The translations under genes were made by a program, and so were the position numbers. Shown piece by piece: positions 46,215-55,615 of a stretch of 64,000 nt of DNA. Source of the DNA: Paracoccaceae bacterium (GTDB taxonomy: Bacteria; Pseudomonadota; Alphaproteobacteria; Rhodobacterales; Rhodobacteraceae); assembly GCA_029242355.1 (NCBI GenBank), contig JAQWUC010000068.1, forward strand, positions 55,797 through 119,796, written 5' to 3'. The notes beneath the pieces were generated by a model. It had not been told where the DNA came from, searched no databases, and was given only the letters and a program-made list of their open reading frames with translations. The number at the start of each line of letters is the position of its first letter. Within the stretch, counting starts at the first letter, position 1.

Positions 46215-47186
46215 CTAATCCACCATTGAATAACGAAAAACCACCGGTGCCTGACCGGAAAACTTTTTAAAAGATCGTGAAAAAGAAGCAGTAGAGGAAT
46301 ATCCCGTTCGTAATCCAATTTCCTGAACCGTAAGATTCGTATCTTTCAATAAACGTTCGGCCGACTTTAATCTTAACCGATTAAAATAAACAGCTGGGCT
46401 TAAACCAACCTGCGCATTAAATAATGTTTCAAGACGCCTTGAAGAAATTTTCACATTTTTCGCAATAGCAGCAATTGTAATTGGACAATCTATTCTAGCT
46501 TCCATCAATCTTATAGCATTGGCCACGCGTGGTTCTCTTTCTTCTAGGCACCCAAATGAAACGAACGGTTGAGGATCCGCCGGGTGGCTCGTAGACGAGT
46601 ATATAAATACGCTAGAAACATCGTAAGCTAATGCCGCGACAAATTTTTCTTCAATAAAAGCCAAAAGGAAATCAAACGATGGGGATGCGCCTCCAACTGT
46701 TACGTATTTTTTGCCTGCAACGAAACGATCAGCCACAACATCAATTTTCGAAAACTCATCCGAGAAACGTTCCAGGTCTTCCCAGTGGGTTGTCGCCTTC
46801 TTACCGTCAAGAGCTCCTGTTTTTGCCAAAAGCCAAGTTCCTCCTTCAATTGAAACAACTTTGTGAAAACTAGACAGGACCCTTTTCAACCGAATTGGCG
46901 TTACAGGTAAAGCCTTATTTAAGGCATCAAATCCTCCAATAATAATTAACAAATCACCTCGCTCATTATCTAAAAAGCGGCCGTTTACCGGTAATGAAAT
47001 ACCGCAGGTTAGATCTACCGATAAGCCTCTTGGAGATACCAGCTTCCAACGAAAAATTTCTTTACCCGCTATTCTATTTGCAGCGCGCATTGGATCTATT
47101 GTAGAGGCAACCGTCATCAGTGAACTTGAGGGAATAAGCAAAATAGTTACTGTAAGATACTCTAAGCTTTGAATTTTCTTTTCCAT
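46215..47186 (-). CDS. GlxA-family transcriptional regulator (DJ-1/PfpI-like plus AraC HTH), CdhR/GbdR-like, second copy
   Basis: MEKKIQSLEYLTVTILLIP...DPMRAANRI parallels the regulator at 20617-21660, with a C-terminal AraC HTH. The start is taken at the ATG at 47186, because the track's longer ORF would overlap the divergent BKACE gene. Confidence 0.85.
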   Translation of the reverse strand: MEKKIQSLEYLTVTILLIPSSSLMTVASTIDPMRAANRIAGKEIFRWKLVSPRGLSVDLTCGISLPVNGRFLDNERGDLLIIIGGFDALNKALPVTPIRLKRVLSSFHKVVSIEGGTWLLAKTGALDGKKATTHWEDLERFSDEFSKIDVVADRFVAGKKYVTVGGASPSFDFLLAFIEEKFVAALAYDVSSVFIYSSTSHPADPQPFVSFGCLEEREPRVANAIRLMEARIDCPITIAAIAKNVKISSRRLETLFNAQVGLSPAVYFNRLRLKSAERLLKDTNLTVQEIGLRTGYSSTASFSRSFKKFSGQAPVVFRYSMVD

Positions 47187-47272
47187 TTCGTAAAATAACA
47201 ATAAAAGTGCGGAAAATGTCAATAAAATTTTAAATATCAATTTATCATAAAAAAACTCAGAAAGTATGAACG

Positions 47273-48181
47273 ATGCCATTAGAACCAAATAAAGAAGTAT
47301 TCATTACATGCGCTGTCACTGGATCAGGAAGCACACAAGAACGAAGCCCGTATGTTCCCAGAAGTCCTAAAGAAATTGCGACTAGCGCAATAGAAGCGGC
47401 AAACGCGGGAGCAGCAGTAGTTCATTGCCATGTCAGGGACCCTCAAACAGGTAAGCCATCACGAAATCTGGAATACTACAGAGAAGTAACCAATTTAATA
47501 AGGGCGTCATCAACAGATGTAATTCTAAACTTGACTGCTGGAATGGGAGGAGATCTCGTCTTAGGCGGAACGGAATCTCCTCTTCCACCGATCTCAGGAA
47601 CTGATATGATCGGTGCTAAGGCTAGGATTGAACACATCGAAATGTGCCTACCAGAACTTTGTACTCTTGATTGTGGAACAATGAACTTTGCTGAAGCTGA
47701 TTACGTAATGACCAATACACCAGGAATATTGCGTGAAATGGGTTCCATGATGACCACAATTGGTGTTAAACCTGAGATCGAGGCATTCGACACTGGACAC
47801 TTATGGTTCGCAAAACAACTTGTTCAGGAAGGCATACTCGATTTCCCAGCATTAGTTCAGCTATGCATGGGAGTTCCTTGGGGAGCTCCAGATGATTTGA
47901 ACACATTTATGGCGATGGTTAATAACGTGCCAAAGGAGTGGAATTGGTCAGCTTTCTCCTTGGGGCGCCACCAAATGTCTTATGTCGCTGCGTCAGTTCT
48001 GGCTGGGGGGAATGTCCGAGTTGGTCTAGAAGATAACTTATGGCTTGAAAAAGGCGTTTTAGCAACAAACGCACAACTTGTAACAAAGGCCGTAAACCTT
48101 ATTGAAGGGCTAGGATCCAAAATTATGACGCCAAGTGAAGTTAGATCAAAGTTGGGGCTTGTTAAAAGGTCTCCAAAATGA
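47273..48181 (+). CDS. BKACE-family (DUF849) beta-keto acid cleavage enzyme, second copy
   Basis: [40 protein letters not shown]. Confidence 0.85.
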   Translation: MPLEPNKEVFITCAVTGSGSTQERSPYVPRSPKEIATSAIEAANAGAAVVHCHVRDPQTGKPSRNLEYYREVTNLIRASSTDVILNLTAGMGGDLVLGGTESPLPPISGTDMIGAKARIEHIEMCLPELCTLDCGTMNFAEADYVMTNTPGILREMGSMMTTIGVKPEIEAFDTGHLWFAKQLVQEGILDFPALVQLCMGVPWGAPDDLNTFMAMVNNVPKEWNWSAFSLGRHQMSYVAASVLAGGNVRVGLEDNLWLEKGVLATNAQLVTKAVNLIEGLGSKIMTPSEVRSKLGLVKRSPK

Positions 48182-49686
48182 ATTCTTCACTCAATTTATT
48201 AAATATCGCGTGCATTGGCTGCGGTGTGATTGGTGCTGGTTGGATAGCACGATTCATCGAAAATGGTGTAAACGTCAGTATTTTCGATCCCGGACCAAAA
48301 GCAGAATTAAATGTCAAACGAACATTGGAAAATGCTGAAACCGCATATGCAAATTTAACATCAATTCCAAGGATAAAAAAAGGTACGATCAGTTTCAAAA
48401 AATCAATAAATGAAGCTGTTAAAAATGTTGATCTAATAATTGAAAGTGTTCCAGAAAGAGTTGATATAAAACAAAAAGTATACTCAGAAATTGAACAATA
48501 CTGTGATAAGTCCACACTTATAACTTCTTCAACATCAGGTATTATGCCGTCTGAGCTGCAAAAAAATTTAAAATCTCCTGATCGCTTCTATGTAGGCCAT
48601 CCTTTCAATCCAGTTTACTTACTTCCATTAGTAGAAATTGTTGGAGGGAGAAATACCTCCAAGGCAACTATTTCAAGAGCTAAGTCAATTTACAAACAAA
48701 TTGGAATGCATCCAGTCCATATAAAAAAAGAAATTGACGCATTCGTTGCTGATAGACTTCTTGAAGCTATATGGAGAGAATCTTTATGGCTTATTAAAGA
48801 TGGAATTTGTACTACCGCGGAACTTGATGATATAGTTAGATTTGGATTCGGTCTTAGATATGCTCAAATGGGTGTTTTTGATACTTACCGAGTGGCAGGT
48901 GGCGACGCTGGAATGCGTCATTTTATGGCGCAATTTGGCCCTTGCTTAAAGTGGCCATGGACAAAGCTCATGAATGTTCCTGAATTCAATGCAGAATTAG
49001 TCGAATTAATCTCATCACAATCTGATGAACAATCTGGTCACTTAAATATTCGCGAAATGGAAAGACTTCGAGACTCAAATTTAATCGAAATACTAAAAGG
49101 TCTAAAGAAAAATAATTGGGGAGCTGGAAAAAATTTAAGAGACTATGAAGCATCTTTAAAGGCATTTAATGATAAAAATACGTCTACCACTAACATGGAA
49201 TCAAATACAATAAAAACGTTAAAAACGCGCGTTCCTTCAGATTGGGTCGATTATAATGGACACATGAATGAAGCTAGGTATCTAGATTGTTTTTGTGAGG
49301 CCACGGACCAATTTATGAAAATAATTGGTTGTGATGCCGACTATGTTAAAAAAGGAGGCTCTTACTTTACGGTTGAAACTCATATTCGACACATGGCAGA
49401 AACAAAAATTGGAGAATCCTTGTCGATAGAAACACAATTAATTTCTGGTACGGGAAAAAAGATGCATTTATTTCACACTATGAGAAACAGTAGCAACGTA
49501 ATAACTGCTACAGGAGAACATATGCTAATACACGTGTCGTTGAAGACAAGATCTGCTAGCGAACCGTCCTCAAATATCTTAAAGAACCTTAGCACAATAT
49601 TTAACCGGCACTCAAAATTGCCTTGGCCCAAAGGCTTAGGAAACGCCATAAATAATCCAAAACCTGATCAGAGTTTTAAAGAGTAA
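48178..49686 (+). CDS. lcdH: L-carnitine dehydrogenase fused to a C-terminal hotdog-fold thioesterase-like domain
   Basis: The N-terminal ~320 aa are collinear with remembered Pseudomonas L-carnitine dehydrogenase (GCGVIGAGW, VGHPFNPVYLLPLVEIVGG, EIDAFVADRLLEAIWRE, AGGDAGMRHFMAQFGPCLKWPWT). The C-terminal ~150 aa (DWVDYNGHMNEARYL...YFTVETHIRH) are 4HBT-like. Confidence 0.85.
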   Translation: MNSSLNLLNIACIGCGVIGAGWIARFIENGVNVSIFDPGPKAELNVKRTLENAETAYANLTSIPRIKKGTISFKKSINEAVKNVDLIIESVPERVDIKQKVYSEIEQYCDKSTLITSSTSGIMPSELQKNLKSPDRFYVGHPFNPVYLLPLVEIVGGRNTSKATISRAKSIYKQIGMHPVHIKKEIDAFVADRLLEAIWRESLWLIKDGICTTAELDDIVRFGFGLRYAQMGVFDTYRVAGGDAGMRHFMAQFGPCLKWPWTKLMNVPEFNAELVELISSQSDEQSGHLNIREMERLRDSNLIEILKGLKKNNWGAGKNLRDYEASLKAFNDKNTSTTNMESNTIKTLKTRVPSDWVDYNGHMNEARYLDCFCEATDQFMKIIGCDADYVKKGGSYFTVETHIRHMAETKIGESLSIETQLISGTGKKMHLFHTMRNSSNVITATGEHMLIHVSLKTRSASEPSSNILKNLSTIFNRHSKLPWPKGLGNAINNPKPDQSFKE

Positions 49687-49694
49687 GAGGGAAA

Positions 49695-50858
49695 ATGGAC
49701 TTTAAAGTTTCAGAAGAACAAGAAATGATTATAACTACAACAAAAGCATTTGTTGAAAAGGAACTATATCCTCACGAAGAATTAATAGAGAAAACTGGAA
49801 CTTTACCTTCGGAGCTAATAAAAGAAGTTCAAAAAAAAGCCATAACAGCCGGTTTATATGCCGCAAACATTCCAGAAGAATTTGGTGGTGGTGGCCTCGA
49901 TACACTCAGTTGGCTATTGTTTGAAAAAGAGCTGGGACGAGCTAATTATGCCCTTCACTGGACTTGTGTGGCACGACCCTCAAATATTCTCTGCGCAGGA
50001 ACTCCAGAACAACGAAAGAAGTACTTAGAACCGTGCATCCGCGGAGATACCTGGGACTGTCTCGCTATGACAGAACCAGAGGCTGGATCTGATTTACGAG
50101 GGATGAAAGCCTCGGCACAAAAAGATGGTGATGACTGGATACTAAATGGTACAAAGCATTTTATTTCACACGCAGACATAGCTGATTTTTCCATTGTATT
50201 TATGGCGACTGGTGAAGAAACAACTCCTCGTGGACCAAAAAAACTCATAACGGCATTTTTTGTAGATAAAGGAACGCCTGGATTTGAAATAAGAGGCGGT
50301 TATAAAAACGTATCCCATCGAGGATATACAAATTCTATTTTGGAATTTAATGATTGCCGATTACCGAATGAAAATATTCTAGGCGAAATCCATGGTGGAT
50401 TTGAAGTTGCTAATAACTGGCTCGGAGCTACAAGATTACAAGTCGCAGCCACGTGCATCGGACGCGCCGAGAGAGCATTTGAGCACTCAATAAACTGGTC
50501 TGCGAACCGAAAACAATTCGGACAATCGATTGGAAAATTTCAAGGCATTTCGTTTAAATTAGCCGATATGGCTGTAGAGATAAAGGCCTCTAATCTGATG
50601 GTCCTAGAAGCTGGTTGGAAATATGATCAAAACACCGTTACCGACGCAGATATGGCAATGGCTAAACTCAAAGCAACAGAAGTTCTGGCTATGGTGGCTG
50701 ATGAATCAATTCAAATTCATGGAGGCATGGGGCTCATGGAAGAACTTCCACTCGAAAGAATCTGGCGCGACGCGCGTCTAGAGAGAATCTGGGAAGGAAC
50801 CTCAGAAATACAACGACATATAATAAGTCGATCACTACTGAGGAATGTGGGTGGCTAA
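49695..50858 (+). CDS. Acyl-CoA dehydrogenase, second copy
   Basis: Paralogue of 22725-23879 (AMTEPEAGSD, QIHGGMGLMEE, RIWEGTSEIQ). Confidence 0.9.
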   Translation: MDFKVSEEQEMIITTTKAFVEKELYPHEELIEKTGTLPSELIKEVQKKAITAGLYAANIPEEFGGGGLDTLSWLLFEKELGRANYALHWTCVARPSNILCAGTPEQRKKYLEPCIRGDTWDCLAMTEPEAGSDLRGMKASAQKDGDDWILNGTKHFISHADIADFSIVFMATGEETTPRGPKKLITAFFVDKGTPGFEIRGGYKNVSHRGYTNSILEFNDCRLPNENILGEIHGGFEVANNWLGATRLQVAATCIGRAERAFEHSINWSANRKQFGQSIGKFQGISFKLADMAVEIKASNLMVLEAGWKYDQNTVTDADMAMAKLKATEVLAMVADESIQIHGGMGLMEELPLERIWRDARLERIWEGTSEIQRHIISRSLLRNVGG

Positions 50859-50863
50859 TTATA

Positions 50864-52993
50864 ATGAGCAACCTTAAAAGACTGCTTCAGCCAAAATCGA
50901 TTGCACTATTAGGCGGTATTTGGGCAGAGAATGTTTATAATCAGCTCAAAAAATCTCAATTTGATGGCAAGATTTGGCCTGTTCACCCAACAAAAGAGAA
51001 ATTGGGTGAGCACGATTGCTATAAAAATCTAGATTCCCTTCCTAGTCCGCCTGACGCAACGTTTGTTGGAGTTAATCGGTTTAAAACAATAGAATTAGTT
51101 CAACAACTTGATAAAATGGGTGCAGGTGGAGCAGTTTGCTTTGCATCTGGATTTTCGGAAATAGGTTCAAAGAACAATGCTCAAAACGGTCATAAACTTC
51201 AAAAAGAGTTAATTAGTGTAGCTGCAAATTTAGCAATACTAGGACCAAATTGTTATGGTTTTTTAAATTATCTCGATAATATAACCCTATGGCCGGACCA
51301 GCATGGAGGTCATAGGGTAAAAGAAGGTGTTGCTATAATTGCACAGTCATCAAATATAGCCATCAACTTGACCATGCAAAAACGAAGCCTTCCAATAGCC
51401 TACGTTCTAACAGTCGGAAATCAAGCAAAAAGTGGCATTTCAGACTTAATCGACGTATTATTAGAAGATACTCGTGTGACAGCCATAGGTTTTTATATTG
51501 AAGGTTTTGACAATGTACAGAATTTTGAAACGGCAGCAACTAAAGCAGCATTTTTTAAAAAGCCCCTTGTAGTTCTAAAAGCTGGCAAAACTGACCATTC
51601 TATGGCTACTACCTTATCCCATACGGCTTCAATAGCAGGAAGCAATACTGTCGGAAGTGCATTTTTAAAGCGTCTTGGTTGTATTGAAGTTTCCAGCCTA
51701 AGCAATTTACTAGAAACACTTAAGGTTTTCCACTTTCTGGGCTATCTTAAAGAACCAAATATTGCTTCAGTGAGCTGTTCAGGTGGTGAAGCGAGCCTGA
51801 TCGCGGACCAAGCATTGGGAACACAAATACAATACAAACCGTTCAAAAAAGCGACCAAAGAAAATCTTGAAACGATTTTGGGTTCAATTGTTACGGTTTC
51901 CAATCCATTCGATTATCATACATTTATTTGGGGTGATGTGGAAAAAATGACGAAAACGTTTTCAACAGTTTTAGAAAATCCTTTCGAACTCGTTTTATTT
52001 CTATTGGATGTTCCTAGAAATGACATCTGTGACGATACAAGTTTTCAATGCGCTATTGAGGCTATTATAAAGACAGCTAAAAACTCAGCGCGAAAAGTAG
52101 CTGTCGTTGCATCACTCCCTGAATCTATGCCAGAAGCTCTAGCAAAAACTTTCATTTCCTCTGGTGTTATTCCACTATGTGGTATTGATGATTCGATACA
52201 AGCAATTAATAACGCAATACTACTTGGCCAATTTTATGAAAAAAATACCATAGAATCTCAGGAAAAAGTATATTTCAATGGGGAACGTCTAACCGAAAGT
52301 ATTAAGTTAATAAACGAAAAAAATAGTAAAGATTTACTTAAATCATTTGGTTTAAAGGTACCAAAATCAATATCAGCAAAGTCAGTAGACCAAGCTATGA
52401 CTCTAATAGAATCTAACAATATAGCTTTTCCAGTAGCGGTTAAAGGTTTAAATGTTCCGCATAAAACCGAAAATAATTTAGTTAAACTCAACATTAAGAA
52501 TACAGAAGCGTTACGAAAATCTTTAAACGACATGTTTAAGCGTTCGAATGACATACTTGTTGAAGAAATGATACTCGAAAGTCTAGCTGAGTTATCGATT
52601 GGAATAATGCGCGATGATATTGGAGTATTTTTATTAACAATAGGAGCGGGTGGAATACTTACCGAATTATTTAATCAAAGGGTAAACTTAATTTTACCTG
52701 TAACAAATAAAGATATAGAGTTAGCACTTAGTAATCTTCCTATCTCGAACATATTAGATGGCTACAGAGGCGCGGCACCAGTGAACAAGAAAAAAATTGT
52801 CGAGGCCATTCAAGCTTTAAGTAGATATACGCAAGAAAATTTATCATTGATTTCAGAAATTGAAATAAATCCACTTATTGTGGGTAAAACTTACGCAATG
52901 GCTGCGGACATTTTATTAACACATGCCCTTAAGGAGAGCAGAGATGAGCACAGAAACCCCGATCAAGACAGAGATAACCGGAAAAATACTTGA
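50864..52993 (+). CDS. ADP-forming acyl-CoA synthetase family protein, second copy
   Basis: Paralogue of 23876-25969 (KSIALLGG...IWPVHP...PPDATFVGV, ILGPNCYGFLN) with a ~25-aa charged C-terminal tail. Confidence 0.8.
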   Translation: MSNLKRLLQPKSIALLGGIWAENVYNQLKKSQFDGKIWPVHPTKEKLGEHDCYKNLDSLPSPPDATFVGVNRFKTIELVQQLDKMGAGGAVCFASGFSEIGSKNNAQNGHKLQKELISVAANLAILGPNCYGFLNYLDNITLWPDQHGGHRVKEGVAIIAQSSNIAINLTMQKRSLPIAYVLTVGNQAKSGISDLIDVLLEDTRVTAIGFYIEGFDNVQNFETAATKAAFFKKPLVVLKAGKTDHSMATTLSHTASIAGSNTVGSAFLKRLGCIEVSSLSNLLETLKVFHFLGYLKEPNIASVSCSGGEASLIADQALGTQIQYKPFKKATKENLETILGSIVTVSNPFDYHTFIWGDVEKMTKTFSTVLENPFELVLFLLDVPRNDICDDTSFQCAIEAIIKTAKNSARKVAVVASLPESMPEALAKTFISSGVIPLCGIDDSIQAINNAILLGQFYEKNTIESQEKVYFNGERLTESIKLINEKNSKDLLKSFGLKVPKSISAKSVDQAMTLIESNNIAFPVAVKGLNVPHKTENNLVKLNIKNTEALRKSLNDMFKRSNDILVEEMILESLAELSIGIMRDDIGVFLLTIGAGGILTELFNQRVNLILPVTNKDIELALSNLPISNILDGYRGAAPVNKKKIVEAIQALSRYTQENLSLISEIEINPLIVGKTYAMAADILLTHALKESRDEHRNPDQDRDNRKNT

Positions 52994-53732
52994 AGTCAGG
53001 ATAAATAGACCGAAAGCAAACGCTATTGATCTCAAAACTTCTCGTAAAATGGGAGAAATTTTTGCTGATTTTAGAGATAACCCCAAGTTGCAGGTTGCTA
53101 TACTCACTGCAGAGGGTGAAAAATTCTTTTGCCCTGGTTGGGACCTCAAAGCGGCGGCTGAGGGCGATGCAGTCGATGGTGATTACGGGGTTGGAGGCTT
53201 CGGTGGACTACAAGAACTACCCCAACTGAACAAGCCAGTCATTGCAGCCATTAACGGTATTTGTTGCGGAGGTGGACTAGAAATTGCACTTTCATGCGAT
53301 ATTATTCTTGCGGCAACGCACGCAAGCTTTGCCCTACCAGAGATACGTTCAGGCACCATCGCCGATGCTGCTTCAATTAAACTTCCAAAGAGAATACCAT
53401 ATCACATTGCAATGGAGCTTTTGTTGACAGGACGGTGGCTAGATGCCTTAGAAGCTCATAAATGGGGCTTTGTCAACGAAATTATTGACCCCGCAAATTT
53501 ATTAAGTCGAGCCTACGAACTTGCAACCTTAATTTCTTCAGGACCTCCATTAGTGATAAGTGCGATCAAGCAAGTAGTACGAGAAGCGGAAGATAAAAAT
53601 TTTCAAGATATGCTTAACCGAATAACAAAACGTCAAGTTGAGACAGTAGATAAACTTTACAGCTCTGAAGATCTCCTTGAAGGTCAATTAGCATTCACGG
53701 AAAAACGAGAGCCAAAATGGCAAGGAAAATAA
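52944..53732 (+). CDS. caiD: Carnitinyl-CoA dehydratase / crotonobetainyl-CoA hydratase-like crotonase, second copy
   Basis: GKILEVRINRPKANAID, FCPGWDLKAAAEG, GGFGGL, LNKPVIAAING..GGGLEIA, EKREPKWQGK. The ATG at 52944 has AAGGAGAG upstream and overlaps the ligase 3' end by 50 nt. Confidence 0.85.
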   Translation: MSTETPIKTEITGKILEVRINRPKANAIDLKTSRKMGEIFADFRDNPKLQVAILTAEGEKFFCPGWDLKAAAEGDAVDGDYGVGGFGGLQELPQLNKPVIAAINGICCGGGLEIALSCDIILAATHASFALPEIRSGTIADAASIKLPKRIPYHIAMELLLTGRWLDALEAHKWGFVNEIIDPANLLSRAYELATLISSGPPLVISAIKQVVREAEDKNFQDMLNRITKRQVETVDKLYSSEDLLEGQLAFTEKREPKWQGK

Positions 53733-54676
53733 ACACTATTAATTATAGCAACCGACTAGATAATGATCTGAAACTTTTTATAAAGAAACTCCAAGAGAAC
53801 TCTGATCATCACACTGCTAATGATATTACAAAAATTAGAAACTCTTACGCTCGGACATGTGATCTTTTCAAATCCGAACACCCACCAGGTATCAAAATCG
53901 AAACGACGTCTGTAACTTCAAAAAGTAAAGAGATTAATGTCAGAATCTATAAGAAAAATTCCAATCTGAAAGCCCAAATCTTATATGCCCACGGTGGAGG
54001 TTTTATTATGGGAGGACTTGAAAGTCATGACGGAATATGTGCTGACATCTGTGACCTTACAGGATTTAAGGTAACAGCCGTTGACTATCGACTATCCCCT
54101 GAATATCCACATCCAGCTGCCTTTGAAGATGTGTTAGAAATTTATAAATCTCTAAATAAAGAAATACCAGTTATTGGAGTCGGAGACAGTGCAGGAGGCA
54201 CTCTCATTGCCATGCTTGCAAATGAATTAAAGAACACAGCTAGCTCGTTGAAGGGACAAGTGCTAATCTACCCCTACTTAGGTGGAAATATGGAGTCAGG
54301 AAGCTACCTAACTCACGCAGAGGCTCCTTGCTTAACAACAAACGACATGAAGTTCTATTTGGAATGCTGGAACCATAATCAAGATGACTCTGTTAAGATA
54401 CCGTTAAATGAGATTAACTTTGAAGGATTACCTCCAACAGTGGTATTCACTGCCAGCGATGATCCCTTGAATTCAGATGGAATTTCTTATGTAAAAAAAA
54501 TCAATTCGTCTAATGGGAAAGCTATTCATATTGAAGGAGAGCATCTTGTACACGGTTTCTTAAGAGCAAGAAACATTGTAGAAAAAGCAAAGATTTCATT
54601 TGCTAAAATAACACAATCTATAATCATACTATCGCAGAATGAATGGATATCAAAACAAACATTGAGGAGTCTGTAA
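53717..54676 (+). CDS. Alpha/beta hydrolase, hormone-sensitive-lipase-type esterase
   Basis: HGGGF oxyanion motif (YAHGGGFIMGG), nucleophile GDSAGG, C-terminal HGF. 319 aa. Confidence 0.8.
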   Translation: MARKINTINYSNRLDNDLKLFIKKLQENSDHHTANDITKIRNSYARTCDLFKSEHPPGIKIETTSVTSKSKEINVRIYKKNSNLKAQILYAHGGGFIMGGLESHDGICADICDLTGFKVTAVDYRLSPEYPHPAAFEDVLEIYKSLNKEIPVIGVGDSAGGTLIAMLANELKNTASSLKGQVLIYPYLGGNMESGSYLTHAEAPCLTTNDMKFYLECWNHNQDDSVKIPLNEINFEGLPPTVVFTASDDPLNSDGISYVKKINSSNGKAIHIEGEHLVHGFLRARNIVEKAKISFAKITQSIIILSQNEWISKQTLRSL

Positions 54677-55582
54677 ATGAAATTTGGATTTGTTGGTTTA
54701 GGGCAAATGGGTGCGCCGATGGCGATAAATCTTTCACGCGAGAATGATGTCAGAATCTTTGATAAAAAGAAAAAACCAATGGTAGAACTTGTTAATAAAA
54801 GGGCTCAAGCTGTTAATACTATCGAACAGTTTTCAGATGTTAACGTTTTAATTCTATGTTTACCTAATGTAGAGACAGTTCAACAAGTACTCTTCAACTC
54901 TGAAGATGGTCTAACTAAATATCTCAAAAAAGGAACCATTGTGATTGATACAAGTACTAGCGACTATAGCGCTACTTTGAATATCGCTAATGAACTTAAT
55001 AAATTAAAAATTGACTTTTTGGATGCTCCAGTGTCTGGGATGCGTCATCGGGCGCAGAATGGAACACTAAGCATGATGGTCGGTGGAGATAGTAAAATAT
55101 TAGAAGTGGTTAAACCCGCCCTTTCCACGATAGCTTCGAAAATAATCTTTATGGGAGCTTCTGGTAGTGGCCAGTTAACAAAACTCATAAACCAACTACT
55201 CTTTGACATTAATATGGCAGGGCTTGCAGAAATTCTGCCAATGTCAAGAAAGCTTGGGCTTGATCCTGAACAAGTGACGGAAATTATAAATTCTGGCACT
55301 GGCCGGAGCTATGCTTCAGAATTTTTCTTGCCAAATATAATAAAGGGAGATTTTGAAAAAGGTTATCCTATGCAAGCCGCTTACAAAGATCTTATAAGTG
55401 GAGCTAATATTTCATCACAACAAAAAATCCCTACACCAGTTCTTGCAGCAGCAACAGCTAATTACCAAAAAGCGTTGCAGGAAGGACATGGCACAAAAGA
55501 CAAAGGAGCCATGATTCTTGTTTATGAACGCTTGCTCAAAGTCGCATTTCGTGCTTCAGGCAAAATAAATAAAAACTTATAA
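54677..55582 (+). CDS. 3-hydroxyisobutyrate-dehydrogenase-family NAD(P) oxidoreductase
   Basis: MKFGFVGLGQMGAPMAINL Rossmann motif, DAPVSG, GSGQLTKLINQ. Confidence 0.85.
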   Translation: MKFGFVGLGQMGAPMAINLSRENDVRIFDKKKKPMVELVNKRAQAVNTIEQFSDVNVLILCLPNVETVQQVLFNSEDGLTKYLKKGTIVIDTSTSDYSATLNIANELNKLKIDFLDAPVSGMRHRAQNGTLSMMVGGDSKILEVVKPALSTIASKIIFMGASGSGQLTKLINQLLFDINMAGLAEILPMSRKLGLDPEQVTEIINSGTGRSYASEFFLPNIIKGDFEKGYPMQAAYKDLISGANISSQQKIPTPVLAAATANYQKALQEGHGTKDKGAMILVYERLLKVAFRASGKINKNL

Positions 55583-55615
55583 AAAAATACCTAGATGAAA
55601 ATAAGAAAAACTCAT

